A stretch of 64,000 nt of DNA from Octopus vulgaris (GCA_951406725.2 OX597833.1:72726001-72790000), one strand, 5' to 3'; shown: positions 1 through 13,576, counted from the stretch's first letter. Notes: a model not told the origin generated them from the letters alone. Program-made: numbers and translations.

Positions 1-78
1 AAACACGTTGCGAATCAAATCATTGCAGATGCATCAAATTTATTAGATATAATAGTCTGGGTATGGAATACAAAATAC

Positions 79-163
79 GTATGTGGTAAGTAGCTTGCAT
101 CCCAACCTCATGGTACCGGGTTCAGTCCTGCTGCATGGCACCTCGGCCAAGTGTCTTCTACTA
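79..163 (+). mobile_element. 5' tRNA-like head of a CORE-type SINE (family C), truncated
   Basis: TGTGGTAAGTAGCTTGC...GGGTTCAGTCC...GGCACCTCGGCCAAGTGTCTTCTACTA matches the reverse complement of the heads of the fuller copies at 13577-13995, 20112-20509 and 61686-62005. It has A-box/B-box-like motifs. Confidence 0.8.
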
Positions 164-1162
164 ATAAATAATCAGCAAGATGTTCAAAACCATCCTTAAG
201 AAAAGTATGATGCTCCACCTCCAAAACACAGCCTCTATCTCTGATTCCCAACACGGCTTCGTGCCGAAGAGATCATGCTTGACCAACTTACTGGTAATGG
301 AAGAATTGGTGACGCGCATCCTCGATGATAGTGATGATGTTGACATCGTTTTATTGGACTTTGCCAAAGCTTTTGACTCGGTAAACCACCGCCTATTACT
401 TGTCAAGCTTCAAGCATATAGTTTCCATCCGGATATTGTACTATGGGTTGGTGCCTTCCTCTCAGATCGCTCCTTCCAAGTCCAAGTTAATGGTTCGCGG
501 TCCGACGTCTCCAGTGCGAGCAGTGGCGTGCCTCAAGGTTCAGTGCTTGGGCCCTTATTGTTCTTAGTCTTCATAAATGACTTGCCCGACGACCTCACGC
601 AACACACCTTTCTATTTGCCGACGATGTCAAACTGGTCGCTCCTCGCGGTGATATAGAGGATCTTCGTCGATGCCTCCACCAAATTTGGAGATGGTCTAA
701 CGAATGGGACCTGTGTTTGAACGTGTCAAAGTGCTGTCATCTGCCTGCTGGCTCTCCTCCTGCAACTCAACTGGATTTCGAGCCGGGTCGTCTGCTGCTG
801 AAGAGGACCGATCAGGTAAAGGACCTGGGTATCTTGGTGGATTTCTCCTTTTCGCCTTCGACCCAGTGCGTCCATGCTGCCAACAAAGCACGCGGAATTC
901 TGTTCTTGATTCGACGGTCATTCGGAATGCTCACAGCAGCCATATTCCTACCGCTCTATGTCACGCTGGTGAGACCCACATTGGAGTACGGGATTCAAGC
1001 CTCTTCTCCTTATCTCCTCAAAGACATACAGCATCTCGAAAGAGTCCAGAAGCTGGCTACCCGCATGGTTCTTGGTCTCAAGAATTTGTCTTATGAAGAA
1101 AGGCTGAAGACGCTCGACCTTTATTCTCTAGAAAAACGATGATGCCGTGGAGATCTCATTCT
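164..1162 (+). mobile_element. CR1-clade LINE reverse transcriptase fragment (ORF 180-1142, 320 aa, uninterrupted)
   Basis: Motifs QHGF..RSCLTNLL, LDFAKAFDSV, SGVPQGSVLGPLLF, FADDVKL, DLGI, LVRPTLEY and ERVQKLATRMV..LSYEERL, then EKR*CRGDLI. No endonuclease domain and no LINE 3' UTR. Confidence 0.93.
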
Positions 1163-1218
1163 TGCTCCAGCATGGCCACAGTCACATGACTGAAACAAGT
1201 AAAAGAGTAAAAGAGTAA
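1163..1218 (+). mobile_element. 3' tail of SINE family C
   Basis: TGCTCCAGCATGGCCACAGTCACATGACTGAAACAAGTAAAAGAG matches the 3' end of the other family C copies (e.g. 43256-43310 and the reverse complement of 20112-20155). Confidence 0.8.
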
Positions 1219-1235
1219 TATATATATATATATAT

Positions 1236-1635
1236 ACAAATAAAAATTCAGAAAATGGCGCTGTGGCGTTCATATAATTTATTAACTGCAAAAATTCAAC
1301 AAATTCCTTTACAGCTGTTTCAGATTTCCTCAAAGATTAAATTCCAGTAATTAAATCATTGTATCGGGCAAAATCTCAGCAGAGGAGTAGAAAAGACATA
1401 CCGTCAGGTTATTGGGTGTTGTTTGGAAATCATCTCAACAGATAATTTGGAAGCATAATACCCAATGACTTTTCTCCTTCTCTGATGAGATTTTGCCCAA
1501 TACAATGATTTAATTACTGGAATTTAATTCTTTTGGGCAAAATCTAAATAGCTATAAGTGAACGCGTTGAATTTTTGCAGTTGATAAATTATATTAACGC
1601 TATTTCTCCATTTTCTGGATTTTAATTTGAATATT
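1236..1635. repeat. Long imperfect inverted repeat (~150-bp arms) with degenerate hammerhead motifs; probable Penelope-like pseudo-LTR relic
   Basis: 1236-1387 is the reverse complement of ~1478-1635. Plus arm: CTGATGA (1482-1488), stem GATTTTGCCC/GGGCAAAATC, (T)AAA-TAGCTA-TA. Minus arm: CTGCTGA...GAAA-CAGCTG-TA. Confidence 0.7.
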
Positions 1636-1734
1636 TATAACCAAGATTTATATTTAAATCTATTATTTTGGGTAAATTACTATTCGCAATAGAATAATAA
1701 TTAACAAATCAGTGAGGCTCGCTGCCTCAACAAG

Positions 1735-1765
<31 letters not shown>

Positions 1766-1824
1766 CCACCACCACCACCAACACCAACAACAACAACAAC
1801 AACCACAACAACAACAACAACAAC

Positions 1825-1880
<56 letters not shown>

Positions 1881-1882
<2 letters not shown>

Positions 1883-2370
1883 TGAACATAAACCCGAAAG
1901 CATAATCGAAAATGATAATGCAAAGATCCTATGGGATTTTATGATTCAGTGTGACCATGAGATAGAGAATAGGAAGCCGGACATGGTGTTGAGAAAGAAA
2001 GCAAATGATGCTGGATCATGGAAATAGCATGCCCAGCTGACAACAAGGTACGCGATAAGGAAGAAAGAAAAGTCGACAGATATGACAGGTTAGCTTGGGA
2101 GGCTAAGCAGTTGTGGTCACTGAAAAAGGTGGTAGTAGCACCAATAATTGTCGGAGCCTTGGGAACAGTGAGTAAAAATCTTGAGGAGTACACGGAACAA
2201 ATAGGGGCTGCAATAAGGGTGGAGCACTTGTAGAAAATAGCACTTCTTGGAACCGCTCGAATACTCCGGATGGTGCTCGAAAAACAAAAGGATTGTTACC
2301 TCAGTTCACTGGTAGCGAACAGCTGGCACCGTAGCACATCGCCAGCGTTAGAAGCTGTGCAAAGACAATA
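1881..2370 (+). mobile_element. 5'-truncated Dong/R4-clade non-LTR retrotransposon (restriction-like endonuclease end), inserted in (TAA)n
   Basis: Translates across a frameshift and a stop to YEHKPESIIENDNAKILWDFMIQCDHEIENRKPDMV...EIACP..KVRDKEERKVDRY...PIIVGALG...*KIALLGTARILR, i.e. the PD..(D/E)xK RLE domain. (AAT)n lies on both flanks. Confidence 0.85.
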
Positions 2371-2385
2371 AAATAATAATAATCC

Positions 2386-2612
2386 TTTCTATTATAGGCC
2401 CAAGGCCTGAAGTTTGAGAGAGGGGGATAGTCGATTACATCGACCCCAGTGTTTCACTGGTACTTAATTTATCGACCCCGAAAGGATGAAAGCTAAAATC
2501 GACCTCGGTGGAATTTGTTCTCAGAATGTGGCGACAGGCGAAATACCGCAAAGCATTTCGTCCGATTCGCCTTAATAATAAAAACAATAATAATAATAAT
2601 AAAAACAACAAC

Positions 2613-2647
<35 letters not shown>

Positions 2648-2771
2648 CAATAATAATAATGATAATAATAATAATAATAATAATAATAAAGTACCCTTGC
2701 TACTGTTGACTTACGGAAGATGCCCGGTACTAAGGAGGCTGAAATAAGGTTATAATGAAAAGAAACCATAA

Positions 2772-2818
<47 letters not shown>

Positions 2819-2840
2819 CATCATCATCATCATCATCATC

Positions 2841-2892
<52 letters not shown>

Positions 2893-3537
2893 TGATGATG
2901 ATGATAATATTTATTTCTACTCTAGGCACAAGGACTGGAGATTGTGGAGAGGTATTAAGTCGATCACATCGACCCCAGTACTCAACTGGTACTTAATTTA
3001 TCGACCTCCGAAAGGATGAAAGGCAAAGTCGACCACGGCGGAATTTGAACTCAGAACGTAACGGCAGACGAAATACCTATTTCTTTTACTACTCACAAGG
3101 GGATAAACACAGAGGGGACAAAACAAGGACAGACAAACGGATTAAGTCGATTACATCGACCCCAGTGCGTAACTGGTATTTAATTTATCGACCCCGAAAG
3201 GATGAAAGGCAAAGTCGACCTCGGCGGAATTTGAACTCAGAACGTAACGGCAGACGAAATACGCTAAGGATTTCTCCCGGCGTCCAAACGTCTCTGCCAG
3301 CTCGCTGCCTTAATATCAATAATAATAATAATAGTTTAAAATTTTGCCACAAGGGCAGCAATTTTGGGAGAGAAGATGGATCGATTGCACTCGACCCCAG
3401 TACACAACTGGTATTTATTTTATCGAACTCAAAAGAATGAAAGGCAAAGTCAACTTTGGCGGAATTTGAACTTAGACAGACGAAATACTGCTAAGCATTT
3501 CGCCCGGCGTGCTAACGACTCTGCCAGTTCGCCGCCC

Positions 3538-3598
<61 letters not shown>

Positions 3599-3797
3599 TG
3601 ATAATAATAATAATAATAATAATGATAATAATAATAACAACAACAACAACAACAACAATACAGTGATAATAATATATTCTAATAAGGGACTGCTCGATTA
3701 AGCCCGTACTGGGCCGGTACTTATTTTATCGACTTCGGTGGTATTTGAACTCAGAGCGTGCAGACGGACGAAATACCGCTAAGTATTTTTTGTCCGG
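2386..3797 (-). mobile_element. Head-to-tail cluster of about five tRNA-derived SINE copies (family B) separated by (AAT)n/(GAT)n runs
   Basis: Repeated ATCGACCCCAGT..ACTGGTACTTAATTTATCGACCCCGAAAGGATGAAAGGCAAAGTCGACCTCGGCGGAATTTGAACTCAGA at ~2386-2571, 2913-3078, 3141-3310, 3340-3537 and 3700-3797. The reverse complement contains the B-box GAGTTCAAATTC. Confidence 0.85.
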
Positions 3798-3822
3798 AAA
3801 ATAAACAAAATGTGTGCCATAC

Positions 3823-4001
3823 CTTCTCTGGTGGTCATTGAGTGCAAATCTGTAAGTAAGGCTGATAGCTGCATACATGGAACTGAATATGAGGATTTCT
3901 TTGTACATCAATTTGTAGACACTTCCGCGCCATATTGTAAGAAGTCGAAGGAAGCCGCCGAGGCTGGTCGTTGCCACTCGGTATTGGTAAATTATTGTCA
4001 T
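3823..4001 (-). CDS. BEST: Bestrophin (Ca2+-activated chloride channel), first coding exon; gene continues beyond the left edge
   Basis: MTIIYQYRVATTSLGGFLRLLTIWRGSVYKLMYKEILIFSSMYAAISLTYRFALNDHQR matches the bestrophin N-terminus (MT..Y...VA...F.RLL..WRGSxYKL). Phase-2 donor AG|GTATGG at 3822. Upstream acceptor (pyrimidine tract)TTTTACAG| at 4217 gives an exon of 3823-4216 with a 215-nt ATG-free leader. Paralogue not assignable. Confidence 0.93.
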
Positions 4002-4365
4002 CGCAAAGGGGCCCAAGCAAAAAGGGGGCAGCGATGGAAGGTTGTGAGCTTTAATGTGTTGGTGGAGGTGACGTTGAAGGTCTGTGTGTCTGTGTGACGC
4101 ACAGCGAGCAGACCTTCGCCAGTCGGAGACCAGCAGCACCAAGACGGGCCAAGACGGGCCAACACCGAAGACGGCGACGACGACGACGACCTCTGCCGGT
4201 GACTGAATTAGTAATTCTGTAAAAGAAGAGAACGAGGAGAAAAAGAAAGGTAGAAAGACAGGTAAAGCGTGAAAGGGGGGGGGGGGAAGAGAGGAAGAAG
4301 GATCGAGAGAGAGAGAGGGGGGCATAGATAGACAGATAGATAGATAGATAGGTAGGTAGGTAGAG

Positions 4366-4470
<105 letters not shown>

Positions 4471-4482
4471 TAGATAGATATG

Positions 4483-4513
<31 letters not shown>

Positions 4514-5085
4514 ACAAACCAACAGACAAACAGCTGGGGAGACAGACAGACAGACAGACAGATAGAACGATAAAAGACAGACAGGTAGTAAATGAGAATG
4601 AACGGGTGAGTGGGTGAGTGGGTAGGGGAGTGAGTGAAGGTAAGAGAAAGAGAGAGAGAGAGAGAGAGGGGGGAGAGGGGGGAGGAGAGAGAATATCAAT
4701 GATCAAATAAAATAAATAACCCGGTGGAATAATCGGATTGTTATCATTAAAGGAACAAAACACATAATTTGTGTGTGTGTCTCCATGACTGAAGGAGAGC
4801 GCGTGGCGAGGGGGTGGGTGACAGTAGAGAAAGAGAGAGAGAGAGAGGGAAAGAAGGAGAGGGGGAGAATGAGAGAGTGAGAGAGAAAGAGCGAAGAGGC
4901 AAAGAAAGAGAGGTGTTGTTAGCAATTACGACTTGCTTTAGTAATGTAAATGTAGAATATGACCACCACACAAACACACACACAAACACACACGATGTAC
5001 AATTGGTGGCTGGAGCTCGCCGAGAAGAAGACTCTATGCACGATTAAGAAAGTTTACGAAAACTTCTAAAGTTAAATAGACAGAC

Positions 5086-5146
<61 letters not shown>

Positions 5147-5147
5147 T

Positions 5148-5204
<57 letters not shown>

Positions 5205-5321
5205 GAGGTAGAGAGGTAGAGAGAGAGAGAGAGATAGATAGAGAGAGAGAGAGATAGATAGGTAGATTGATAGATAGATAGCGAGAGAGAGAGAGAGAAA
5301 CACAAAGTGGGAGAGACAGAG

Positions 5322-5361
<40 letters not shown>

Positions 5362-6330
5362 CAGAGCTAAGCTTAGAGAGAGAGGCCATATTTGTCAATG
5401 TCTATGTTACCGAACCCTCGTTCGGTTTCCCTCGCTCGACGAGGGCTGAATGAAAAACCGAGGCGGGCGCTATAAGACACAGCCATGGTTAAGACGTGTC
5501 TTAAAAGAATTTACAAAGCCAGGGGTTTGCGGAAACGTCATTGCTTTTAGACCCATTCTTTCGAATGGTAGATTGATATTGAAAAGGAAGAATAACATCC
5601 TTGACTTTTCCAAGGGAGTCTCTGTATGGTCACCTGACCTACTAGAAACAGCAGCCAAATCTTTCTCATATCACACATACTATATTGCATATACAGGCAT
5701 ACATTGTATGATGTATGCCTCGAATGGCGCGATGGTCATATCTGGAATACCCTTAAACTTAGTTGTGGCAAGGCTTCTGTTCCCGTAAACTAGTACCAGC
5801 GGAAGTCACAGCTCCAATCCTTGTAATATTGAGTTTAAGTCTGTTCAACCAAGTGAACCATGCGAGTCGAGGGGATATCCTTCCTCGGAACGTTAAAGTC
5901 GTATGCCTTACTGTTCGTAATCATAGAATTCCAGGTTCGATCCAGGCATCCTCTACTATGGCTTCGTATCAGCCAAAGACTTGTGAGCGAAATAAGTTGA
6001 TGGTAACTGTACTGAAGCCTGTTGTACGGAGTGTGTCTACTCGCAGGCTTTAGATTTAATTTGCTGCCCTTTTCGTCTTTAAGTAGAGTTTGGTGGTGTT
6101 GTGACTTTCATACTTTTCTGAAATATATTATCAACTTAGAGGGAATCCTATTATTTTCAGGAGAGAAACGGAATCAATTTATGGATTCCACTCATAAGAA
6201 CCAACACTGTATATGTGTGTGTATGTGTGTGCGTGTGTATGTGTGTGCGTGTGCGTGCGTGGGTTCGTGGGTGCGTGGATGCGTGGGTGCGTGCGTGCGT
6301 GGTGCGTGCGTGCATATATATGTATGTGTC

Positions 6331-6377
<47 letters not shown>

Positions 6378-7167
6378 TACTGGCTATGGTTTTTGGAGGC
6401 CAAGCGTTCTCTCTCTCAGTCAAACAATTAGCAAGATTACCTTAATCAACGACTACTGTTAATTACTAACATTTTCAACAACAGAAATTTCCTTCCTTCA
6501 AATAGGAGAGTGTACTCGGTGACACCGGCAGCCGACAACTGTCTTGGCTGTTGGCTTGGCTTCACTAATATTACTGACGTTGTTATTGTTGTTGTTGTTA
6601 CTCATGTTTTCAGTGATTTAGCAGACGATTCTATTGCTTTCTGTTTTTCAGTCATAACAAACCATTAAAATTGATTGAGAAATATATTACACTGAGTCAT
6701 CCGGATGTTCCATACTCACGGTTGGCAAAATGGCGATTGCGTTACCCTGAAGCATAGCGAAAGAGATGTACTTTAAAAGCCATTGTACTCTACGAGACTT
6801 ATTCTTACGTATAGTAATCTCTATCACGATTAAACCGAGTTGAGAGGTTGTTCAGGGAACCAGTATGTTAGATGTTTCTACCTTTATCGTTCCAGAAATA
6901 TCGTCATTCAATGTCACCATCTTTTTTTAAATAGAAGATCGTGTATAATTCGAATATGATTTTGGTGTTATTTCTGGAGGAGGATGGGGAAGCGACTGCG
7001 GTGGGGGCTCCTCACTTGCTCAGTCAATCTTGGCGTTTGTTGCTGTTGTCGTCGTTTGACCCAGGGTCAGTCCTGAAGGAGTAAGTATAGGATCAGAAGG
7101 ATTTCCCCATAATAAGTTATGCAATAGGTCCTACATTTTTTGAAGGTGGAAGAAGGTATTTTCATAG

Positions 7168-7222
<55 letters not shown>

Positions 7223-7403
7223 AAGAGAGAGATTCGGCTGTTTTTTCCAGCGGGTTAGTCGACACGTAGAGGTTTCCTCGTTGGCTCACAGTCAATACAG
7301 CTCATCCGTCTAAGTTCACTGGAGTGCTAAGCACTTACACACAACACTAACGCTATAAAATGCTTTATACTATGATACTGCACAAATGTGGAGTAGTATA
7401 CCT

Positions 7404-7462
<59 letters not shown>

Positions 7463-7581
7463 ACAGCAGCACCAGTGGCAGTGAGGTATGATGCAATGAG
7501 AATTTCGTGTAACGTTAGAGTAAAGCACCAGTGTTATGTAGTGCAATGCAAGGCTTGGAGCATTTCCAGTATTTCCCGTGT

Positions 7582-7642
<61 letters not shown>

Positions 7643-8065
7643 TGTTAACAAGTCCAAGACCGCAACCTGTTCGAACGTTCTCCTACTCCCGTATTCCTGT
7701 ATTCCTGAAATATCCCTAGCAAATTCCATCGTTCGACTATTCGCTATTCCAACATTCCAATGTAGTGTTTGGTTTTGTTTTTGCAGTGATTTATTTTTCT
7801 AATATTTCTAAATATTCCAACATTCCAATATTCTAATATTCCTGCTTATTCCAACATTCTGATATTCTGTTAATTAATCTATTCTAATATTCCAAATTTA
7901 TCCACGATTGTACCTTTCTGATATTTCAGCCAATTCTAAGATTATGATATGTCAATGTTAGTGCTGTTCTGCCTTGATGGTCAGAGGCGTTCTCTTCGTG
8001 ACCACCCTGTCTATATTTTCGGCAAGGTGCAGCAGAAACAGCCGTACTCAATGTATTCTTTTCAC

Positions 8066-8110
<45 letters not shown>

Positions 8111-8330
8111 CATGTCTTCCTCTCTCGCATTTTCTATCATTTCCCTCTTCACTTCAGCAGACATTGCCACGAACATTCTTGTGTGTGTGTGTGTGTGTGT
8201 GTGCCTGACTTAGTGTATCTGTGTATACATGTATGTATGTTCGGGTATGTGTGTTTGTATGTATGTATGTATTTGTGTATGTATGTATGTACGTATTTGT
8301 GTATGTATGAATGTATGTATGTCCGTATAT

Positions 8331-8668
8331 AGTGGGGGAGCATCATAGCCATGTGTTGAGAGGGATTCTTTGGGGTTTGAATAATTCACCTCTAGAAACA
8401 TGGGTGGTTCGCTCAACATTCTTAAACAACCCTTATTCAGGGACCTTTTGAGCGGGATGAGTTACTCAACCAGAAGAAAATTCTAACTGGGCCCCACCTG
8501 CAAGGTCATGCACTGTTTATCTTGATATGAGATCACCATGTTGCGCACATATGGTTGTGATGCATGTACCCGGTGAACCCTTAACAGACGGGTAGTCATG
8601 ATGGGTACACTGGGCTTCGTATATTTTACCCCAGTGTCACTTTGATGGCATGAACTGCTCTCTCACTC
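8331..8668 (+). mobile_element. Family A non-coding retroelement, 5'-truncated copy, with long (AAT)n tail
   Basis: Near-identical to the 3' parts of 22918-23454 and 36220-36692. All three end at GCTCTCTC(A/G)CTC followed by (AAT)n. Confidence 0.8.
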
Positions 8669-9348
<680 letters not shown>

Positions 9349-9389
9349 TAACAACAACAACAACAACAACAACAATAATAATAATAATG

Positions 9390-9515
9390 ATTTCAAATTT
9401 CGGCACAAGGCCAGCGTTTTGCGGGTGGGGATAAATCGTTTACATCAATCCCCAGTGTATCACTGGTACTTAATTTATCGACCCCGAAAGGATAAAAGGC
9501 AAAGTCGACCTCTAC
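9390..9515 (-). mobile_element. SINE family B, partial copy
   Basis: Contains CTGGTACTTAATTTATCGACCCCGAAAGGATAAAAGGCAAAGTCGACCTC. Confidence 0.75.
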
Positions 9516-10434
9516 AGAATGTCATGAGCCGGAATAAATAATGCAAAGTCGAATAATTTCTTTATTTAGCGAAAGGAGAGAAGCGAAGAAAGCGGATTCC
9601 TCGTCAAAGTGTTGCCATGTGTGAACGGTTAAAGAGCGAAGTGAGGCTTTGTGTATTATGATAAGCGTTTGGGAGACGTTTCGTTAGAAGTGTCTTACGT
9701 GCGACGGAAGCGGGGGGGGAGTGGGTGGCGGGAAGAGGTAATCATTCTAATGGAGGGTAGCTATTTACTTGAAGTTAAGTGGTGATGGTCGCGGTAGTGG
9801 TGGTGGTGGTGGTGGTGGTTATATTTTGCCGATGTTGTTGATGTAATGATGAGGATGAGGAAGAGGAGGTTGTTAGTTGTGATGATATTTCTAGTACTAA
9901 TGGTGTTCTAAGTGCTATTTCTGTTAACGTTGTTGTTGTTGTTGTTGTTAGCAGCAGCAGCAGCAGCAGCGGTGGTGATTGTCGTTGTTGTTAGTGTTTA
10001 GTCCCATGTCATGTCTCATTAAGTACACCAATGATCAAAAGTATTCCAGCCGTAACCACCCCGTCTTTTTAAGGGTATCTACAGATTGTTCATCATCGAA
10101 TTCCTTCTTTCCCGCATCTTTTCTTTTTAAAGACGGAAAAGGACATTATAACTGGACGCTGATTTGGCTGCTATTTCAAATCGCCTTGTGACCATGCAGA
10201 AGCTCACTCTCGTTGTCTCAGTTTGCTGTTGTTGTTGTTGTTGTTGTTGTTGATCAGCCCCAGGCCAACCACCCTCATCCAGCTGTCCCCGAGGCTATCC
10301 TTGCCACTCCCGTCTTGCTTAATCCTTCATCCAAACACTTCTTCAATTTAACCAATTCCTTTCATATCATTCTGATAAGGTATCATCTATTTGTCCCATG
10401 TTGGTCCCTTCCCCCCCTCTCCCTCTCTCTCTCG

Positions 10435-10479
<45 letters not shown>

Positions 10480-11366
10480 GCATTTACCACTTCTATGATT
10501 CCCACTCTGCTTTCCACCATCACAACAACTTGCCCTCACCTCCCATCTCCTCCCAGACAACCCTCCACCAAATCTCGATGCAGAACAGTGGAACCCGCTG
10601 AATCCGCTCACATCATTCGGCCGCAGGTTTTCCTTACTCTAAACTCTTCTATCGATTATGTTAGAGAAAGTTGGATGTTTCTGCTGGTCCAATGCAGGTC
10701 CGATTTGGCAAAGGCTGGAGGGGAAACAAGTGACTCTTGAAGGAAGCTGGCAACACACCATTCCATTCTCTCCGCTCTTGTTAATAGCATCTCAAATCAC
10801 ACCTCACGAAAACTGTGTCTGTGTGTCACTGGTTATGACTTTAATGACGACTATGATCAGTTTCTCTGAGAAGTGAATTAGCTTCTGGTGAGAATCGAAA
10901 CAAGATCCCAGACTTCTCCCTCCGGCTCCACTGTTTTTTGTCACCAGAACATATTTAATATAAAACATTACCATTAATGGAATGGATGCAGTCAACACGT
11001 GTGTCTGTGGAACTGTACCGAAAGTTGGCTCCCTGTCAAACTGTGTCACTTCTGTTGTTGTTGTTGGTGGTGGTGGTGGCGGTGGTGGTGGTGGCGGTGA
11101 TGGCAGTGGTGATAGTGGTAGTGGAGGGGGTTGTGGTGGTGTGGTATTCATATTTCTTGTTTGCAGTGGTGGTGGTGGTGGTGGTGGTATTCATGTTATT
11201 GTTGGCGTTGTGATTGAGGTTGTTTAACCCTGGGTTATACACGATAGAGTAGGGTTGTGGTAAAATGCAATCCAGCCGTGCCCGTGCTTTGGGATAACTT
11301 TTTTTCAGGTGCATCTTTTTGTAAATCGAACCTCAACGTAGCAGCTCCACCGGTTATTGTTGCTGT

Positions 11367-11400
<34 letters not shown>

Positions 11401-11671
11401 AGTGGTGGTGGTGGTGGTGGTGGTGATCTTTTTATTGTTGTTGTTATTTATAATTCATATCTTATTTATATTTATTTTTGTCGTTGTGTTGTTCAGATTT
11501 CTCTGAGAGTTCCAGGAATCGATTTTGGTTTTTGTTACACTTTTGCCTTTATTTCATTTGTTCTGCATCCGTCCCAAGTTTATCTTCGCCATTATATTTC
11601 CATTGTTCTTTTATTTTGTTCTTTGTTTTTTTTTTTGTGTTCATTATTTCTATTTTCGCGCCTTGAAGATC

Positions 11672-11816
11672 TTTAGTCCCAGGGCTTATTTTTTAAAAGC
11701 TCGGTCTCTTTTGTTACGATAACGTAAACAAACCAACACGGGTTGTCGAGTGGTGGTATGAGACAAACACAGACACAAAGACATACACACGCACGCGCAC
11801 ACACACACACGCACGC

Positions 11817-11884
<68 letters not shown>

Positions 11885-11965
11885 GTATAATACATCGGGA
11901 TTCTTTCAGTTTCTTTCTACCAAATCCACTCGCAAAATTTTGGTCTGTCCGAGGCTATAGTAGAA
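11672..11965 (-). mobile_element. SINE family C, partial copy
   Basis: Contains CGTAAACAAACCAACACGGGTTGTC..(CA)n..TTCTTTCAGTTTC..TACCAAATCCACTC..GAGGCTATAGTAGAAG. Confidence 0.7.
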
Positions 11966-12113
11966 GTCGACGAGATGGTCATGGGTGCAACGCTTTGATG
12001 AAATGTCTGCTTGATCAGAGCTGACTTGAGGCTAAACGACGACAGCTGACACTCAAGATTTTCTATTTATTCTCTGCAAAAAGGTCAGACCATTCCTCAA
12101 GTTCTACTTTTAG

Positions 12114-12149
<36 letters not shown>

Positions 12150-12498
12150 ACATCCACCCCCACCCCCACTCTCCTTCCCATATGTTTCACACATTGGCTG
12201 CAACTGGTAAACGGTAAATTCCTGGTTCTTGTAGTTTCAGGTGATGTAGCAGAGATATTCACGAACTTATCTCTTCAACAAAATCAGAAACAAAAACGAA
12301 AAGCAAAAACCATCAATATAGACTCACACTCTCTTCCCCCCTCTCTCTTCCTCACTATCCCCCTCCCTCTATTCCTCTCTCTCTCTCTCTCACGCACAAT
12401 ACAGAAAGTTATGTCAGCGTATACACCATCTTCTTGCACTGACGTGCTCACATCTTAATGCAGAATGTATGACAATGTATTTCTGAGTGTATGTGTAT

Positions 12499-12539
<41 letters not shown>

Positions 12540-12945
12540 CATACATACATACATAATACATACATACATACATACATACATACATACATACATACATACA
12601 TACATACATACATACATACATGCAGACATGGGTGAGTGTATATAAATAACAGATCCTATCAGTATTTTCGCAAGTGGAGCGTCACGTTGAATAGTTTATC
12701 TTTTACGTATTTCGGTCATTAGACTGCGGTCATACTGGGGCACCAATCGGATTTTATGTAAGATATTTACGAAATAAATATACGAAGTAGCAGTCATTAA
12801 CAATTGATCTTGACAAAGGAGAACTTCGAAGTTACAAAGGTAAAATCGACAAACATTGCTCATAAAACATCCGAATGAAAAGTCTTATCAAATAAAATAT
12901 GGTTATGAAAGAGATTGGCACCGCGATGGCAGCAAAGGCAGCAGA

Positions 12946-12978
<33 letters not shown>

Positions 12979-13576
12979 TGTATGTATGGATGGATGGATG
13001 GATGGATGGATGGATGGATGGACGGATGAATTGATGAAGAATGACGGACGAAACATGGCAGTACTTCAACAGACACAAATAGTTTGTATTCTATGGTGGT
13101 TCTGAGAGATAAGCTTCGCAAATTCTTGTTCTTGTAAAATCGCTCATTCGTTCCACAATTCAGACAAAAGAAACACACCCCGGAAATTCCCCCACCCACA
13201 CACACACACACCTACAGCCCCCTTGCATAAATATACAAGCATTTAGTATTCAATAAACTTGTGCTTTAAAGCAAAGCGTCAGGAGAGTTCAGAGCGTAAC
13301 ATCAATGAAGGACAAAAGAGCTGAACGCTCTGCTTCTGTTAACCGAAACAGCTGTAAGCTAATGAAGGTGAGAAGGCAATTCCTGTTCTTTTGCCCTTTG
13401 ATTAACTGATATTCCGCTATAACCATAATTGTTTCCTTCAAACTTACATTTGTTATTTTAGAAAATATTCCAACAGTTGTTATTCAAAAGAGAACCGGGT
13501 TCGCTTCACCGGTTGAGGGTCGGAAACGAGAAATTGGAGACTTTGATTTATAATATATTGAAGGATCCTCTTTAAC

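Noticed and set aside
7688-7942. Heat-shock element array
   Set aside because: The TTC units recur with an 8-bp period in one orientation, not as the alternating nGAAn pentamers of an HSE.
13280-13360. GAAACAGCTGTA identical to the ribozyme 3' half at 1310-1321
   Set aside because: No credible CUGANGA upstream; at best an unrecognisable relic.
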